Assembly (NCBI GenBank): GCA_038496445.1
Contig: JALMLS010000062.1
Coordinates: forward strand, 186,001 to 250,000
Length of the DNA stretch: 64,000 nucleotides
Direction: 5' to 3'
DNA from: Trichosphaerium sp. ATCC 40318
Lineage: Eukaryota > Protista > Tubulinea
A program made the translations under genes and the position numbers. How positions within the stretch are numbered: the first letter of the stretch is position 1; each line of letters starts with the position of its first letter. Positions 36,779 through 50,227 of the stretch are shown here, one piece after another. Below the pieces are notes generated by a model, which saw nothing but the letters and a program-made list of their open reading frames with translations, had not been told where the DNA came from and searched no databases.

Positions 36779-39700
36779 TTATTGTTTTGACAACAATGTT
36801 TCAAATTTCTCTTCAAGTGACTTTAATCTACTCTCTAATTCGAATACTCTTGACTCTAAAGCAATCTCTCTTGCAGATGGTATAGAAGATATAGAAGGCG
36901 CAGCCATACTTTGTATTCTTATTCCTGAATTTTTCTTAACTTGCTTTCTTATCTGTGATTCTTTCTCCATCAACGTTTTCAACTGCCGCAGTTCACCAGC
37001 CTGAATTTTTTTTAGATTCTTTACTTTGTTCTGTATTGTCGCTCTCAACACGTACCAGTCTCTTGTTCTCCTCCTCTACTGTACCTTGGACATGACCTTT
37101 ACCAATAACAGATCCCCACATTTTTCTTCCTGATAAGAACTCCTCATCCTCGGACACAACTTCTTCGTCTGAATCACCTGCGCAAATATTTTTAGGTATT
37201 GTTTTTAGTCTTCAAAAAAAATTGATATAGAAAATCTTACTGCCAGCTATATCTGTTGGTCTCCTTTGGTGTGCGCGTATCTTTGTCTTTTTTGTTTTCG
37301 TTTTTTTACGGTCACGTGGAAGTTTTTCTTTATCCAGGTACACAACATACCTGAGAAGAGAAATAAGGTTTTTGGAATATTAGTTTATGTTGTTGCTGTT
37401 TTTTACCTTGGTACGATTTGTGACTCGTCAAATAAAACCACTTCTGTGAAAGGTTTCTCTTCAGACGTTTTATAAGGCATCCCTTTTTTGTTCACAAGAA
37501 CAACGTTACTATGATAGCCGGTTTTGCAAGGCCTTCCTGAAATACGCTTGTTAGAAATGCAAAAAGTTGTCGTGACGTACCAGAAAGTGCGTCAGATTTA
37601 CTTTGTGGGGACTCAATAGCCTGTAGTACATTAATATTATGCGCTGAGAATAAGGAAACTAATTAAGTACGTACTGGGTAGTAGTTACCAAGAATACATG
37701 AACAAACAATATAAATCTTTTGATCATCTCTTGAATACTTCGATGCATAAGAAGCGTTCGAGGTAAAGTACATCCCTGTACGTTAATACTTGTTATTTCA
37801 GAGCGGTACAATACTATTTAATTACCTTTTCCATACCATCCATCGTCTACTAATGCCAAAGAAGAGAATCCATTCTGGCAAAGGTTCCAAACTATTTTGT
37901 GAATGTTATTAAACTTTACTTTTCTTGTATTCTTTAGTACCTGTTTCTTTGTTTGTACCGTGGATTAGTGGAACCATATTTACGTCAGGATATTCCTTAG
38001 ACCATGGAAATTGAGTAACATAATTAGTAAAGTATTGGTGGACACCCTGTCGATCCTCAACACGATCCTAAGATAATAATAAGCTAACAGGATATGTCAA
38101 TTTTTTGTAAACATACATCTTTCCATGAAGTATTTTTTGAAGAACTGTTGTTCTATGTACGCATTAGAATATTTACATTGTCGGTTGTTGTTTGAAGCGT
38201 ACAGCATTGGCTCTACCAGATGCTATCTTCAGTTCTGCTTCAAACTTTTCATCAAGCAAAGGATTTGATATGGCATAAAGCTACATTTCATTCAGTTTAA
38301 AAGAAATTGGCTTTAAAAAGTATGTAATAGCCAATGGACTACGCCCTTACTTTAGATATTTTCCAACCTAGGAAACAAGAGTAAGCTGAAATTACATTTA
38401 AAGATAAACTATCACTTTGTACCTGTTCCATTGAAGTGTTTATAAAACAACCTCTCAAATTGCTACCATAAAATATCAGTACAACAAAAACGGTTCACAA
38501 TTTTTATCACGTGTTTTTTTTTCGATTTATTTTTTCGTGACGCAGTTTTTTTTAACTTGATAGCAAAAAGAAAAACAAAACAAATACCTTGTACTCAGCG
38601 AGTGCATCGTTGTTAATTGTGCTACCGTCTCTAAGCATGTAAGTCCTAAATTTAGGACCTCCAGCTACGATTGTTCTCTCTTCCCATCCTTGAAGCATCT
38701 TGAACGACTCCGCGAACCGAGAGTCAATATGTGGAGAACGTGTACCAATACCCAAAGAAAATCCATTTGCTGCAATAGCGCTTCTGAATGAAATATCATT
38801 TCGTAAGCGAATGAGTGTTGGCTCAGTAAGATTTGTCTTATCACTGCTGCCTAAAGAAAAATGTCTCAACAGCTTAATTCATCCCTCTTTCTTAAACAGC
38901 CTAAAGTTTCTTACCAAGTTGACCTTTATCATTAGTGCCCCATGAATATACGTCACCAAGAGCTAAAATAAGGCAATTTAGAAACAAGTTAAGTTAATAT
39001 TTTCGGGTTTTTTTAAAAGGTTGTTTTTGACTTTGCTTGTTACCTGATACAGCAAGTGCATGGGAATTACCAACGTTTACAGATACAAATTTTCTAGGAC
39101 ATGTGGATATACGTGCTGCATTTTTATGACCTTTACCCCAGAAGTAAAGAGCGCCAGAAACTAAAAAAAACTTAAGACTGTTCGAATTTATAAAAGAAAG
39201 AAAAGTACGCACGTGATATTGCTGCTGAACCAAAACCTCCGGCAGAAATACAACGAAAAGATTCTTTTTTCGCAGATAACTTTCGTGGAACATTTATACG
39301 TTGCTTCAATGAGACTTCACCCCATCCATAAACTTGTAACTGCTCTAAAGATGTTGTTTTAGCAAAAAGTTAAGCGTATTTTGCAGTCTTTTTTTGTATT
39401 TGCCTCACCTGAAATAGCTACTGCGTGGTTTGGTCCTGCGCTAACTGAACTGAACTTAACATTTGCAGAAACATACTGCAATCTTCAAGATTTATGTTAG
39501 TCACGCGTGCGTAAACATGTTAAGTTAGAACGTACTTCTTTGGACCTCTTACTTTCTTTAAATCACCTTGTCCAAGCGCACCCGAATCTGATCTACCCCA
39601 GGAATACAATACTCCATTTTCTAATTGCGTCCACGTTAATAACACGTGAATGACATATAAGGTATTAAAATTACCGAACCATACCAACAATAGCCAAAGA

Positions 39701-42700
39701 AAAACCATCTCCACAAGCACAATCAATACAACGCTCTTTACCGAGTTTGGCAAGCCTTGTTTTCGCTCTTTTCTTTTCTCCTGCCTCTCCCCAAATATAC
39801 AACTTGCCACTGTCTAGTCACTTTTAGCATACGCACAGAGGTAGTATCAAGTAATACGTACACATAAGAAGTAAAATATGCGTTTTACTGGTGTCAATTT
39901 TCTTGACTGTCATGAGCTTACTCATCCTGATACTGCTTGGAAGTCCGGCTATTCTTCGTGTATCTTTACTACTACTGGAAGGAGGACTTGTTGCTTCATC
40001 TGGTTCATACACAAATAAACTGCCTCTATCAAGTAAAAGTATAATAGCTTCACCGAATGTTGCTATCTGTTTTACATGTTGTGTATTAGGTAGTGTATTG
40101 GCTTTTAACTCTAATTTTTGAGGTATTAGAGCGCTATTCTCTAACTTCATAGGAAATGGAACATCTTCTCCCCATGCGTAAAAATGAGAAGGAGTTATAC
40201 TTGAGTCTTGTCAAGGACAAAAAGATTGGCTTGTAAAAAAAGTCACGTGAAAAGCACGGTGAACAAAAGTTGAGTTAATGGCAATGTTATGTCTTTTATA
40301 GAAGGATACGAGAGTGTGTATACCGTAGTAAAGTCCCAATAACCTCCACCTGTTTTAGCACCACCAAGGAAATATATAATATTATCGACAAAAGAAGCAG
40401 TGTGGTAGTATCTAAACATTACACGAATTTGGTAAGTGCTACAAATTATTATTGTGCTGTAACTCACCGAGGTGCTGGTATATTTCCCTATACATCACAT
40501 CAGGTAAAATTCTTAATTTACTATGACGTACTGCTACTTCAATTGACTCCCATGAGTTAGTGAAAGTGTTAAAGACATAAACGGCATTATCAAATTTTTC
40601 TTTTCTTTCATCGAAACCACCTTTGAAAAAGTTAACAAAAAAGAACTTGTACAATATACTATTCGCACCAAATACTACTATTCTTCCTCCTGGAATACCT
40701 GTAGCAGTATGTCGGTAAAGTGGTGGAGAAGACTTGGCCTGCAAATAACATTGTTTAGTAATGAAATAATTGGAGGTGCGTCTCTTTTTACCGGTAGCTT
40801 TTCCCATGAATACAAAAACTCTACAACAGTTGTTTAGTTCATACTTTTACAATATTATATGTACCTTGCGTAATGCCTAGATGATAGCCTACACCTCTTC
40901 CAAGGTGGCCAACTGATTGCTTAACTGTGGGGTAACCTATCAATCCTACATATTCGATAGATAAGGGTCCCTTAACAAGTCAATAAGATGAGATTACAAC
41001 TCCGTGAGTACCTCATTCTCGAATGGCAGTATCTGAATTACAAGTTCTTTACATATCATAGGTTCCGGTAGTTCTATTTCTACCTATTTGCAAAGGGAGA
41101 CGCGAGCGTAAGTAAAAACTACTGGTTGTAAACTATTTTTGGAATAGAAGGCGTACTTCATTGAAATCGCCTGTAAACTCTGCAAATGCCACGTGCTCTC
41201 CAGGTTGCCCCATTAACTCGCCAATAATATATCTGGACATACAATTAATACATGGTTTTGTTTAAAAACCTTGACGTACGATCGTGGAGCAGATGGCTCA
41301 ATCACAGTTGCACTATTCGCAGTTTGCTAGTATTAAAAAATGTAAAAAAATAAGAACAGATAAAATATCAAGTCTACCTCTGAATCATATATGAGTATAC
41401 CTCGACATGTTGTTGATGTACGTCTTGCTACAAGATGTGTAATAGTAACCAAACCTTAAATTGATATATAAGTATCCAAATAAGGCAATTATGTTGGTGA
41501 CTCGTACTGGAGCTTGTCAAAACGACGCTTATTCTTTTTGAAGAAACTGACGATAACAAGAATACTTTCTTTTCATCTTTATCCAAAAAATGATTTGCAT
41601 GCGCTATGGTACCATCGCTAACTTTTGATACAGAAAAGGGAAGGATTTCTAAATCTTTAGGCATTGTATGCTTTCCTAAAGCCGGAAACTTAGTACAAAA
41701 TGAAGAAAAAAGTTGTCGTGCCTGTGTCAAGAGCATATACATCAGGCAGACAATGGTCACCGTCACGGCCACCCATAAAATACAACGTTTTACCATCAGC
41801 AACGCACGTATGTGCACTGACTTCTACAGCGTCAAAAGGCACTTTTATAGTCTCCCATTCGTTGGTTTCTATTGAAATTAAACAGCTTTTTGTGGAAGAA
41901 TAAAAAAAAAAGAGCTTACCGAAAGTATACGCGTGGATTGTCTTCGATAGCCCAGTATCACCACAATAACCACCCTGTAACCACATTCTATCATTAGATA
42001 TAGCGCACGCGTGGCTAATTATGCATTAATTCTAGCGAGAAACGAAATTGAATCCGTTTTTTTTAAATACATTAGTTTCGCTAGTTTCTAACAATACTAA
42101 AATTAGTGATTGTTCTTACCTGTTACGGGCGCTAATATCATCTCCTTTATACGAAACCTCTTCCCAAGTTCTCTTATCTGGAGAAAATTTCCACATGTCG
42201 TTGTACCTTTTGGGTTTTTTTAATCACGTGACTATCAATTCAGTGCGAAAGAGGCTAAAAAAGCACGTACCTTATTTCTTTTCTGCCTTGTCCTCCAAAT
42301 ACGTATAAATTTCCTTCATAAGCAACCATTGACATAACACCGCGCGCATTAGGTTCAGGAGAATTACGCTAACCGTTTCATAAGCGATTTCATCCAAAAC
42401 AAAAACTCTCAGCATCGAATTTATACTTTTGATAAAAAAACAACTTACAGCTTTTGTTATTTTCTCCCATACGAGCTTTTCTATACGTTTATCAATATAT
42501 GTGGTTGTATACACCTTATTTTAAAGCGCTTTATTTTACTTACTTGTATCTAACACGTGCAGCTCATTCACATAGCGACCTTTGGTGCCATAACCGCCAA
42601 AAACATATATTTTACTACCAATCACTGCGCTAGCGTGATAGGCCTTGGGGAATGGTGGATTTCCCTGCGCTGACCTTTCCTGCCAGTCTAGGCGCGTAAC

Positions 42701-42706
42701 AGACAT
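36779..42706 (-). CDS. Multidomain protein: Kelch repeats - RCC1 repeats - PARP-like ADP-ribosyltransferase domain - coiled coil
   Basis: Kelch (HASAVIGSKIYVFGG), RCC1 (LYSWGRSDSGALGQGD), ART motifs IHGT / GWYGKGMYFT / TEVVLFDESQIVP; exons join in frame. Confidence 0.75.
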
Positions 42707-43420
42707 ACCAGGAGAATATTTTCGTTGATGAAATTTAGAAAACGTGCGACAAAAAAATCTCAGCTTTTTTTCTCTCTTCAAAAAAAAAGATAACAATAGT
42801 GGGAGACCTTCCAGCGATCTTTCGAGAAATTAAACAATAATTTTTTCGCACAAGGACGAGAATTCTTGAATGTTTTTCGTGTACAATAGCTAGTTTATTG
42901 CTAAAGTTGGTACGCACGTACAGAAGAGAAAATGAGGGTATTATTTGTTTTAATTCAATCAATACATTCTCAAAAACTGCACTGCAACTTTTTTATTTTC
43001 CATTCTTCGTACTTACATGTAGTTGAATGTCAAAGGGTGAAAAAGACACTCGTTTGTCTACGTTAAGAAGATAAACATGAAACTAGACAATAATACTAGT
43101 ACCAATCGCGTACATTTTATCAACTGTACCATAAAGAAGTTTGTAATTTTTATTCAAAACTCTTTTTCAAAAATGTGAAAAAAACGGCCGTCCTTCTAGA
43201 AGACATCTTTCGTTCGTTTGACTCAATGCTGGGCTTCTTATTGCGCGTACATTTTTGTATACAGCGAAGTATCGGGTGGTTACTTTAGTGGAGTTACAAA
43301 AACTCGCTTTATAGTTGTCCAAATCATCTCTCTTAACTATGATCGTGACACCTTCCACATAGACCACAAAAAAAATAGAACACATACGAATTGGGAAGCT
43401 TACGGACGAAATGTCCGAAA

Positions 43421-46400
43421 ATGTCACTAAAACACAAAACAGAACAAAACAAGCAACGCCTTACCGTTTGATACTTTCATTTCATGTTAGGTACACTACT
43501 TAGTACATTCTTGAAGTTCATATAAACTAGTTTTGTAGCAATTTGTAGCTTAAACGTAAAACCATCGTTTTAAAACCTAATAATATGTGTAGTATCATTA
43601 CAGGCGTTATTATACCGCGGTTTCGCGTTACTTCTCGTATTCGTTATCGCGACTTGTTACGGTGCTTCAAATGCTAGCCCTGAGTTTGTATACTCTTGTG
43701 ACGCTACATCTGACAACTGGGGATGTAATCCAAACGACTGGGCCAAAGATTCCGACGGCAACGCTGATCGCTTGGATTGCAAGACAAGCCCAGAGCCAAT
43801 AATGAGTTGGGCTTCTAAAGTAGTACCTACGTCAAACTACAAGGTATTTGCTGGCTTAGAAGACGAACCACAAACTCAATACGTACCTGGTGAAATCCTT
43901 GACATCACTGTTCTTGTTACAAAGTATAGTGCAAAGTACAGAGGGATCTTGATGTACGTAATTGTCTGCTTCTTTCTTTTGATTTTTTTTGTTTTTTTTT
44001 TTACAGTTTTTCACTCTTCGTTTTGAACGCTCTTCTGCAAATACCTCTTGATTTTTTTTTGTCTAATTTTGAATCTAGATATGCCGAAAGAGAGAACGGT
44101 ACACATGTTGGTCAATGGAAACTACCTGACGAATTTCCACGTGCGTTTTCTTATTTTTCTTTTTTTTTTTTTGGTTTTTTGTTTTTATCAATCTTTTTTT
44201 GTGTACGTTTTCTCTGATCTTGGGGTTTTGTGAATTACCTCAATGAATCTTTCTGTAATAACGCTCGATGTTTACATTTTTTCTTTAGCTCTTTTCCAAT
44301 TACCTTGGGGTGATAACAACGGTGTTTGCGCAAAGACTTTGATGCACACCAATGCTATTTTGAAACCTCTTTCAGTAACACTCAAGTTTATCGCACCTGC
44401 AAAGGGCACTGGTAAAATATATTTCCGTACACTCATCAAGAGTGGTGGTGCCAATACTGGTGCTTTCTGGTGGCCAAACAATGGTAACGAGTTTTCCTTG
44501 AGCGAATCCTCAGAATCTCTTCCAACAAACCATGGATGGTTTCAAACAAAGGTATACCTTTACTTACACGTTCTCCATACTCACTCTCGTGTTTAGCTTG
44601 GTCAATCATGTACTGAACGTTGTAATGAGGAAAGTCTTCTTTGCGATACAGTGTCACTACAAAGTATATCTGGTGTTTCAAAGATAAACTCGGAACTCAA
44701 GTCCGCCGGATTTATTTGCAGAAAACCTTATGTGAGCTCATGCAATGCTATCGGCGCAACGCAGAGTGTTGAAGGTAATTGCTATTTTGACGACACAAGA
44801 TGTGCCGCACAAGGACGTGATGAGGAACATGTTGCATGCGATTCCAAGAGCTCGAACGAAGAAAATGGGTACGGCTACTTTTTCTTTTACTATCCAGAAT
44901 TTTGAATTGACTGTTTTTTCCAGACTCCGCTTTTGCAGATGTTTGGAGTCCACTCTAGCACCTATGGTTATAGACAATACTACTGTATCAGAACCTGGGT
45001 CCTCAGTTAATCCATCAGACGGCATCAATCCATCATCAAGACCAACTGCTTCTTTCTTCATGATTGCTATGTGCATTTTGAGCGCTGCTTTCTTCAACAA
45101 AGGCCGCGCTACAACCTCAATGCTAATTGGCCTTTTCCTTGTCGCCTTGGTGGTATTACCATCGGCCAGCGCACACAACTGGATGAACAGTCCTACAAGA
45201 TCAGGATTCGCAAGTACTGAAATTCCATGCCCTCCGAAAGTTCAAACTGGACCACATGTTCAACTTGGTCCAAACCAGGTGTTCCAAGTCGAATGGGCTT
45301 CGGGTCACGGAGGTATTTCGTACTATGCTATTGTTAAGAAGGACAACGAAGAAAAACTGAAACTTCACAACAAAGCACTCTTCAATAAGTACTTTGCAGA
45401 AGCACCACCTGACGCTATATCTACCCTCACGGTTTACCACAGACGTAGCAACGCAAATCAACATGGAGCTGAATTACTTGCAGATGAGATTAAGCCTAAC
45501 ACTACTGATTACATTGAGAGACCATCTGTTTTCAGAGGTAGCCAATGGAGTTGGCAAGATAACACTAAAAAGCTTTTTGGATATAAACCTGAGTTCCATA
45601 AAGACAACTTCGCTTCATACGACAATCCTGATATACCTTGGATGATTGCACTATTCAAATCTCCTCATTACAGTCACAGGCCATCTGATGCTGATGTAGT
45701 ACAACTACCAATACCTGGACGTGCTGGTGCTGGTCAATATATCGTACACTGGTACTGGGGCGGATACCGTGATTGTATTGATGTAGATTATGTTACCGAA
45801 CCAGTTGATAATATCTATGGTTCACCAAGGACGCAAACAACTTACACGTGCGTATTTCTTTTGTCACGTGACCGAAATCTCTCCAACATTTGTTGGGTTC
45901 ATTTTTTTTTGTTTATCGTGTATTGATATCTTTTTCTAGACGTGTTGATCATTGTTACTTTCCGGACTGGAGAGAAGTGAGGCGTACGTTTTTATCATAT
46001 TTTATTGCCATAGTTTCTGACACTTTCTTGTTTTAGATTGCTCTGGTGTTTACACTGATGTTGACTACTGCGCTAAAGCATGCGAACAATTTTACTTTTG
46101 TGAAGGTATCACTGTCGCCCCTCTATCCGTTGCATTGGATACAGGCAGATACCCTGGAGCGAAGATTCTAGACGATGCATGCGTAGCAAGATTCGATGTA
46201 GAAAAACTAAAAGCAGAAGGAAAGGATCCTGAGGACATTATGGTATGTATGGCTGTTCGATCACGTGGAGAAAACCAAATCCGAGGTGACTACGAAGTTG
46301 TATACCCAGGTGACCCTGCTTACAAATCCACGTGTTATATCCGAAACAGTCACAGCCCTATCTTCCCAAATTTTCCCGAACCAACACACACGGAGATTCC

Positions 46401-46683
46401 TTGGAAACACGGTGAACAATGCATTGACTGTCACAGTGTTAGAGAAAACAGAAACATTACTGTATTCCCTAAATGGAAACTAACAGATGACTGCATCAAC
46501 TGTAACCTCGAACCGGATACAGCGCCATTGACTAGAAGACCTGTTCTCACCAATAAAGAAGATAAAACAAGATGCAACGGTGTTGCAGGAGGATGGGAAG
46601 GATCCAAAGGACATTCTTGCAACGGAACAGATGCAGAAGTTACAGCGCTGTGTAGTAAACAGTTCTTCAAACGCAGGGTTTGA
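43421..46683 (+). CDS. Reeler-domain protein continuing through a TM segment and internal signal peptide into an LPMO-like His1 domain; 3' end interrupted
   Basis: Signal peptide; Reeler motifs (YVPGEILDITV, YRGILMYA, GQW, APAKGTGKIYF); ...LVVLPSASA|HNWMNSPTRS...WASGHGG...YIVHWYWGGYRDCIDV; start approximate. Confidence 0.75.
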
Positions 46684-48421
46684 GAATCTGACTAACCTCG
46701 AGAATTTAGAACTTGCTTATTGTCGTACAATTTCAAATGGTTGCTTGTTACACCTGACTTCTCTCAAAAAACTTGAAGCTCATCATAGCGGGGTAACACA
46801 AGATGCAGCTAAGGCACTGGATAAATAAATCTGGTTGAGTAAAACAGTCCGTAATAGTTGTACATTGAGATGTTAAAATACATCAAGTCAATATCTCCAT
46901 CCAATGGAACCACAAATACTTCTACTTCTTCTAAAACCAGTTGTAAGTAAACAACAGCTATTATATTTTCTACAGACAAACCATACCTATTTTTTTAAAG
47001 TGAATGAACTAAGTAGATTTATTGCTGTACAAGATATAACAATGACATAATGCGTAACAAAAGTGAATCTGCACTTGTTATTATTGCAGGTTGGTTAAAG
47101 ATGGAGCTGTTTGGCGCCTGAAGCGATGAATGTACAAAGTAGCTTTGCGTAGACATGTGCTATATGGGCGTTTCGTTACTATCGACACTATTTTTATTGT
47201 TAAACAAATCTGGTCTACTATTTGTGTTTTTTAAAGCGATAAATGCATTACAAGTACTAACTACTTATCTCATGATGGAATTGAAAAACAATTAAAGTCT
47301 AAAACCAACAACGCTAGTAATGCATTTGTTATTACATAACCTGGTGTTCTTCACTCTCCTCCCAAATGAGAGGCTTGTCTATTGTGTTTAAAGTTGGTCT
47401 GTCACGTGTACCTTTTCATTGAGTATCCTTGCTTGCACAGGGTTCAACACCATTACTTCTTCATCTTGTAGGGAAGGCTAACAGAGTGGTGTACATACAA
47501 TAATATTTATGGTTGCTTCCTTATTTCTATAAAAGGAATAAAGGCTCTAAAAGATGTACATAACATTACACTCAGTGATCCAAAAGATTCATGGCTCAAA
47601 CATCTTGGGAATGCACACTGTTTGCATTTTAATGGAAAGCGAATGACAGATGATGGACTCAAATCATTGATCAATGTCAAACGCTTGGATTTGTACTTAT
47701 GTTCCAAGATAACAAACGCAGGGTTTGAGAATCTGACTAACCTCGAGCATTTAGAGCTTGCTTATTGTCGTACAATTTCAAATGATTGCTTGTTACACCT
47801 GACTTCTCTCAAGAAACTTGAAGCTCATCATAGCGGGGTAACACAAGATGCAGCTAAGGCACTGGATAAATAAATCTCTGTGTGAGTAAAACAGTCCGTA
47901 TTAGTTGTACATTGAGATGTTAACATACATCAAGTCAATATCTCCATCCAATGGAACCACAAATACTTCTACTTCTTCTAAAACCAGTTGTAAGTAAACA
48001 ACAGCTATTATATTATCTACAGACAAACCATACCTATTTTTTTAAAGTGAATGAACTAAGTAGATTTATTGCTGTTAATCATTCTTGAAAACAAGATCAT
48101 AACAATGACATAATGCGTAGCAAAAGTGAATCTGCACTTGTTATTATTGCAGGTTGGTTAAAGATGGAGCTGTTTGGCGCCTGAAGCGATGACTGTACAA
48201 TGTAGCTTTGCGTAGACATGTGCTATATGGGCGTTTCGTAAACTATCGACACTATACTATTTGTGGTTTTAAAGCGATAAATGCATTACAAGACTAACTA
48301 CTTATCTCACAAAGGTAAACATCACAGCAAAGAGAGATGGAATTGTGCAAAACACTTTCCTATTTTAGGTCTAGAACCAACGACGCTATTGTAATGCTAT
48401 TTGTTTATTACATAAACTGGT
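46668..48421 (+). repeat. Direct duplication (~46668-47344 and ~47713-48421) of an LRR gene 3' end plus downstream DNA
   Basis: Two highly similar ~0.7-kb units with small indels, both starting CAAACGCAGGGTTTGAG. Confidence 0.9.
47480..47873 (+). pseudogene. Intronless leucine-rich-repeat gene fragment
   Basis: LINVKRLDLYLCSKITNAGFENLTNLEHLELAYCRTISNDCL; frameshift near 47500 and no clear start. Confidence 0.65.
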
Positions 48422-48432
48422 TAACATATCTA

Positions 48433-48882
48433 TCAATCCTCTTCCTCGCCATAATAGAGAGAATCTTCTTTTGTAGACTTTAGAAGTTGCTCACCGGAAA
48501 TAACGATGTCTCCTTTTGCAAACTGAGCTTTCTCTTTAGTCTCTGCATCAGGGTTCAACAACAGTACTTCTTCATCTGATGTACAATCGGCGGAAGGCTC
48601 AGCAAAGTAATATAATACGATAATAGTGGTATGAGGGCCCACGCGTTCGTCTTCTTTGCATATTTTGACGCTAATCATCTGGTTCTTTGGGTTATTTACT
48701 TTGTCTTCGACACTTTCAGTTATGCTTTCTAGAACAGCTTCCCAAGGCTCGCTTTCGCCGTTACCATGCAAAACAGCTATGTTAGCCGTAACCTTACGCC
48801 CTTTTTCTTTGGTCATTCTCTCTGTTTCGCCACCTGGTCCCTTAATAGCCATAACAACTTCTATTTCCCCTTCTCTGCTCAT
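48433..48882 (-). CDS. Intronless acidic hypothetical protein (149 aa)
   Basis: ATG-initiated ORF with protein-like composition; no family recognised. Confidence 0.5.
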   Translation of the reverse strand: MSREGEIEVVMAIKGPGGETERMTKEKGRKVTANIAVLHGNGESEPWEAVLESITESVEDKVNNPKNQMISVKICKEDERVGPHTTIIVLYYFAEPSADCTSDEEVLLLNPDAETKEKAQFAKGDIVISGEQLLKSTKEDSLYYGEEED

Positions 48883-49814
48883 TGGAGGTGTTGTTTCTGT
48901 TGTGTATAAAATTAGATACTATTTTGTCCGTTTTTCTGCTGGAGGTCCTTTTTGGGTCATTCTCTGAACAACTTTAATGTGTCAAATGCTTAGTAGGAAT
49001 TGGCTTTCCATAAACATTCTGCGAGATGATTCTACGTTTTTTAAAGTAAATATAACGATGTCATGCCCTTATTACGAAAGAGTCAACCATTTAGTGAAAA
49101 GAGTTAACCCAGAAAAGCGGGCGAGTGTTTGAACGTTTTTATTAGCTTGAATAAGGTGGTGAGATAACACTGAGTTGTACATAACCGCCTAGCTTTGTTC
49201 TATCGGTACTTTCTTACATTATCACTGAACCTATGTGCTGTTGTGTCTCTATGTCTCGTAATGTACTAAAACTATGCCAAATAGAATGGAAACATACTAA
49301 CAAAACAGTTGTGTTTTAGGTTGTAACAACTGCTTTATTACGGAATGGAACTTAGGCATTGAAAAAGTCTAAGACGATACATAATGAAGAGTATGAATAT
49401 CCCATAGTTCTGGATCTTACTCTGGGTCTGTGGATCTTTTGCAGCGGCAGTAGCAAAATGACGGTTGTTCCAAGGCTCTGGACGTCCTGTGATTGTTTGG
49501 CCAATAGAAAGTCCAGTATTAGCATCGCCTTGCTTTCCTGTCACTAAGAGCTACCAAGTAAATAGAGGCCAAAATTAGACTGGCTGAACCATCATTTAGG
49601 ATTCTAATAACCCACATGATCAAAGTGAAAACAATTTTTATACATAGTTGACATTGTAGCTTACAAATGCCAGATCTGCTTAAACTTCTACACTAAGCAG
49701 TTGGCGTTAAAATCACGTATATATATACCAAGCCTTGCACGAAATGAATTTTGAGGAAATAAAATTCCATACGCACAGCGACATCTTATGAAGGTTGGTA
49801 CACCAGTAAAAACC

Positions 49815-49892
49815 AAAAAGATCCATAGAGCCGAAGCTCCAATCGGTTTATTTGTAAGAAAGTAAGGTTGAGGTAAGATGACTGATGGATCT
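49815..49892 (-). ncRNA. Candidate novel Pol III small RNA, copy 1 (identical to copy 2)
   Basis: Terminal stem AGAUCCAU/AUGGAUCU, inner stem CAGUC/GAUUG, GAGC-UUCG-GCUC hairpin, T5 end. Confidence 0.65.
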
Positions 49893-50005
49893 GGAAGAAG
49901 TACGAGTGCAAGCAGTTTTTATTTACGATCAAAACCAAGATAAAAAAAAAAGTGGTTTTCAATATTACGCTACAATTGCGTCTAATCAATACGCACATGT
50001 AAATC
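49893..50005 (-). promoter_or_regulatory. Conserved upstream block of small-RNA copy 1 (TATA-like TAAATAAAA near -33)
   Basis: Shared by all three copies. Confidence 0.45.
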
Positions 50006-50227
50006 CAAGCGTAAATGTTTGTTCTTCTACATTTCATTTGAAACGAAAACTCGATTTTTTTTGGTTTTCGGTTTAGTGACTTGTTATCAGAAAACTCACT
50101 TGTTTTTGGATTTTCCAGTCAACTACTTTACAAACAACTGTAAAAAACCTTTGCACTTCATCATAGTTTACATTACTTTGTAATATTGGGTTGTAAAGGT
50201 ATAAGGTTAATACGTAATACTTTATTT

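Noticed and set aside
48883-48960. Stop readthrough from an upstream in-frame ATG (MTQKGPPAEKRTK*YLIL...) into ORF 48433-48882
   Set aside because: A single instance with no homologue or recoding signal to support it; the downstream ATG suffices.
49815-49892. Hammerhead ribozyme or spliced-leader RNA on the opposite strand of the small RNA (GGTTTA...TTGAG/GTAAG resembles nematode SL1 ends)
   Set aside because: No CUGAnGA/GAAA core; the SL-like text is absent from copy 3; the UUCG loop, G.U pairs and T-run all indicate the other strand.
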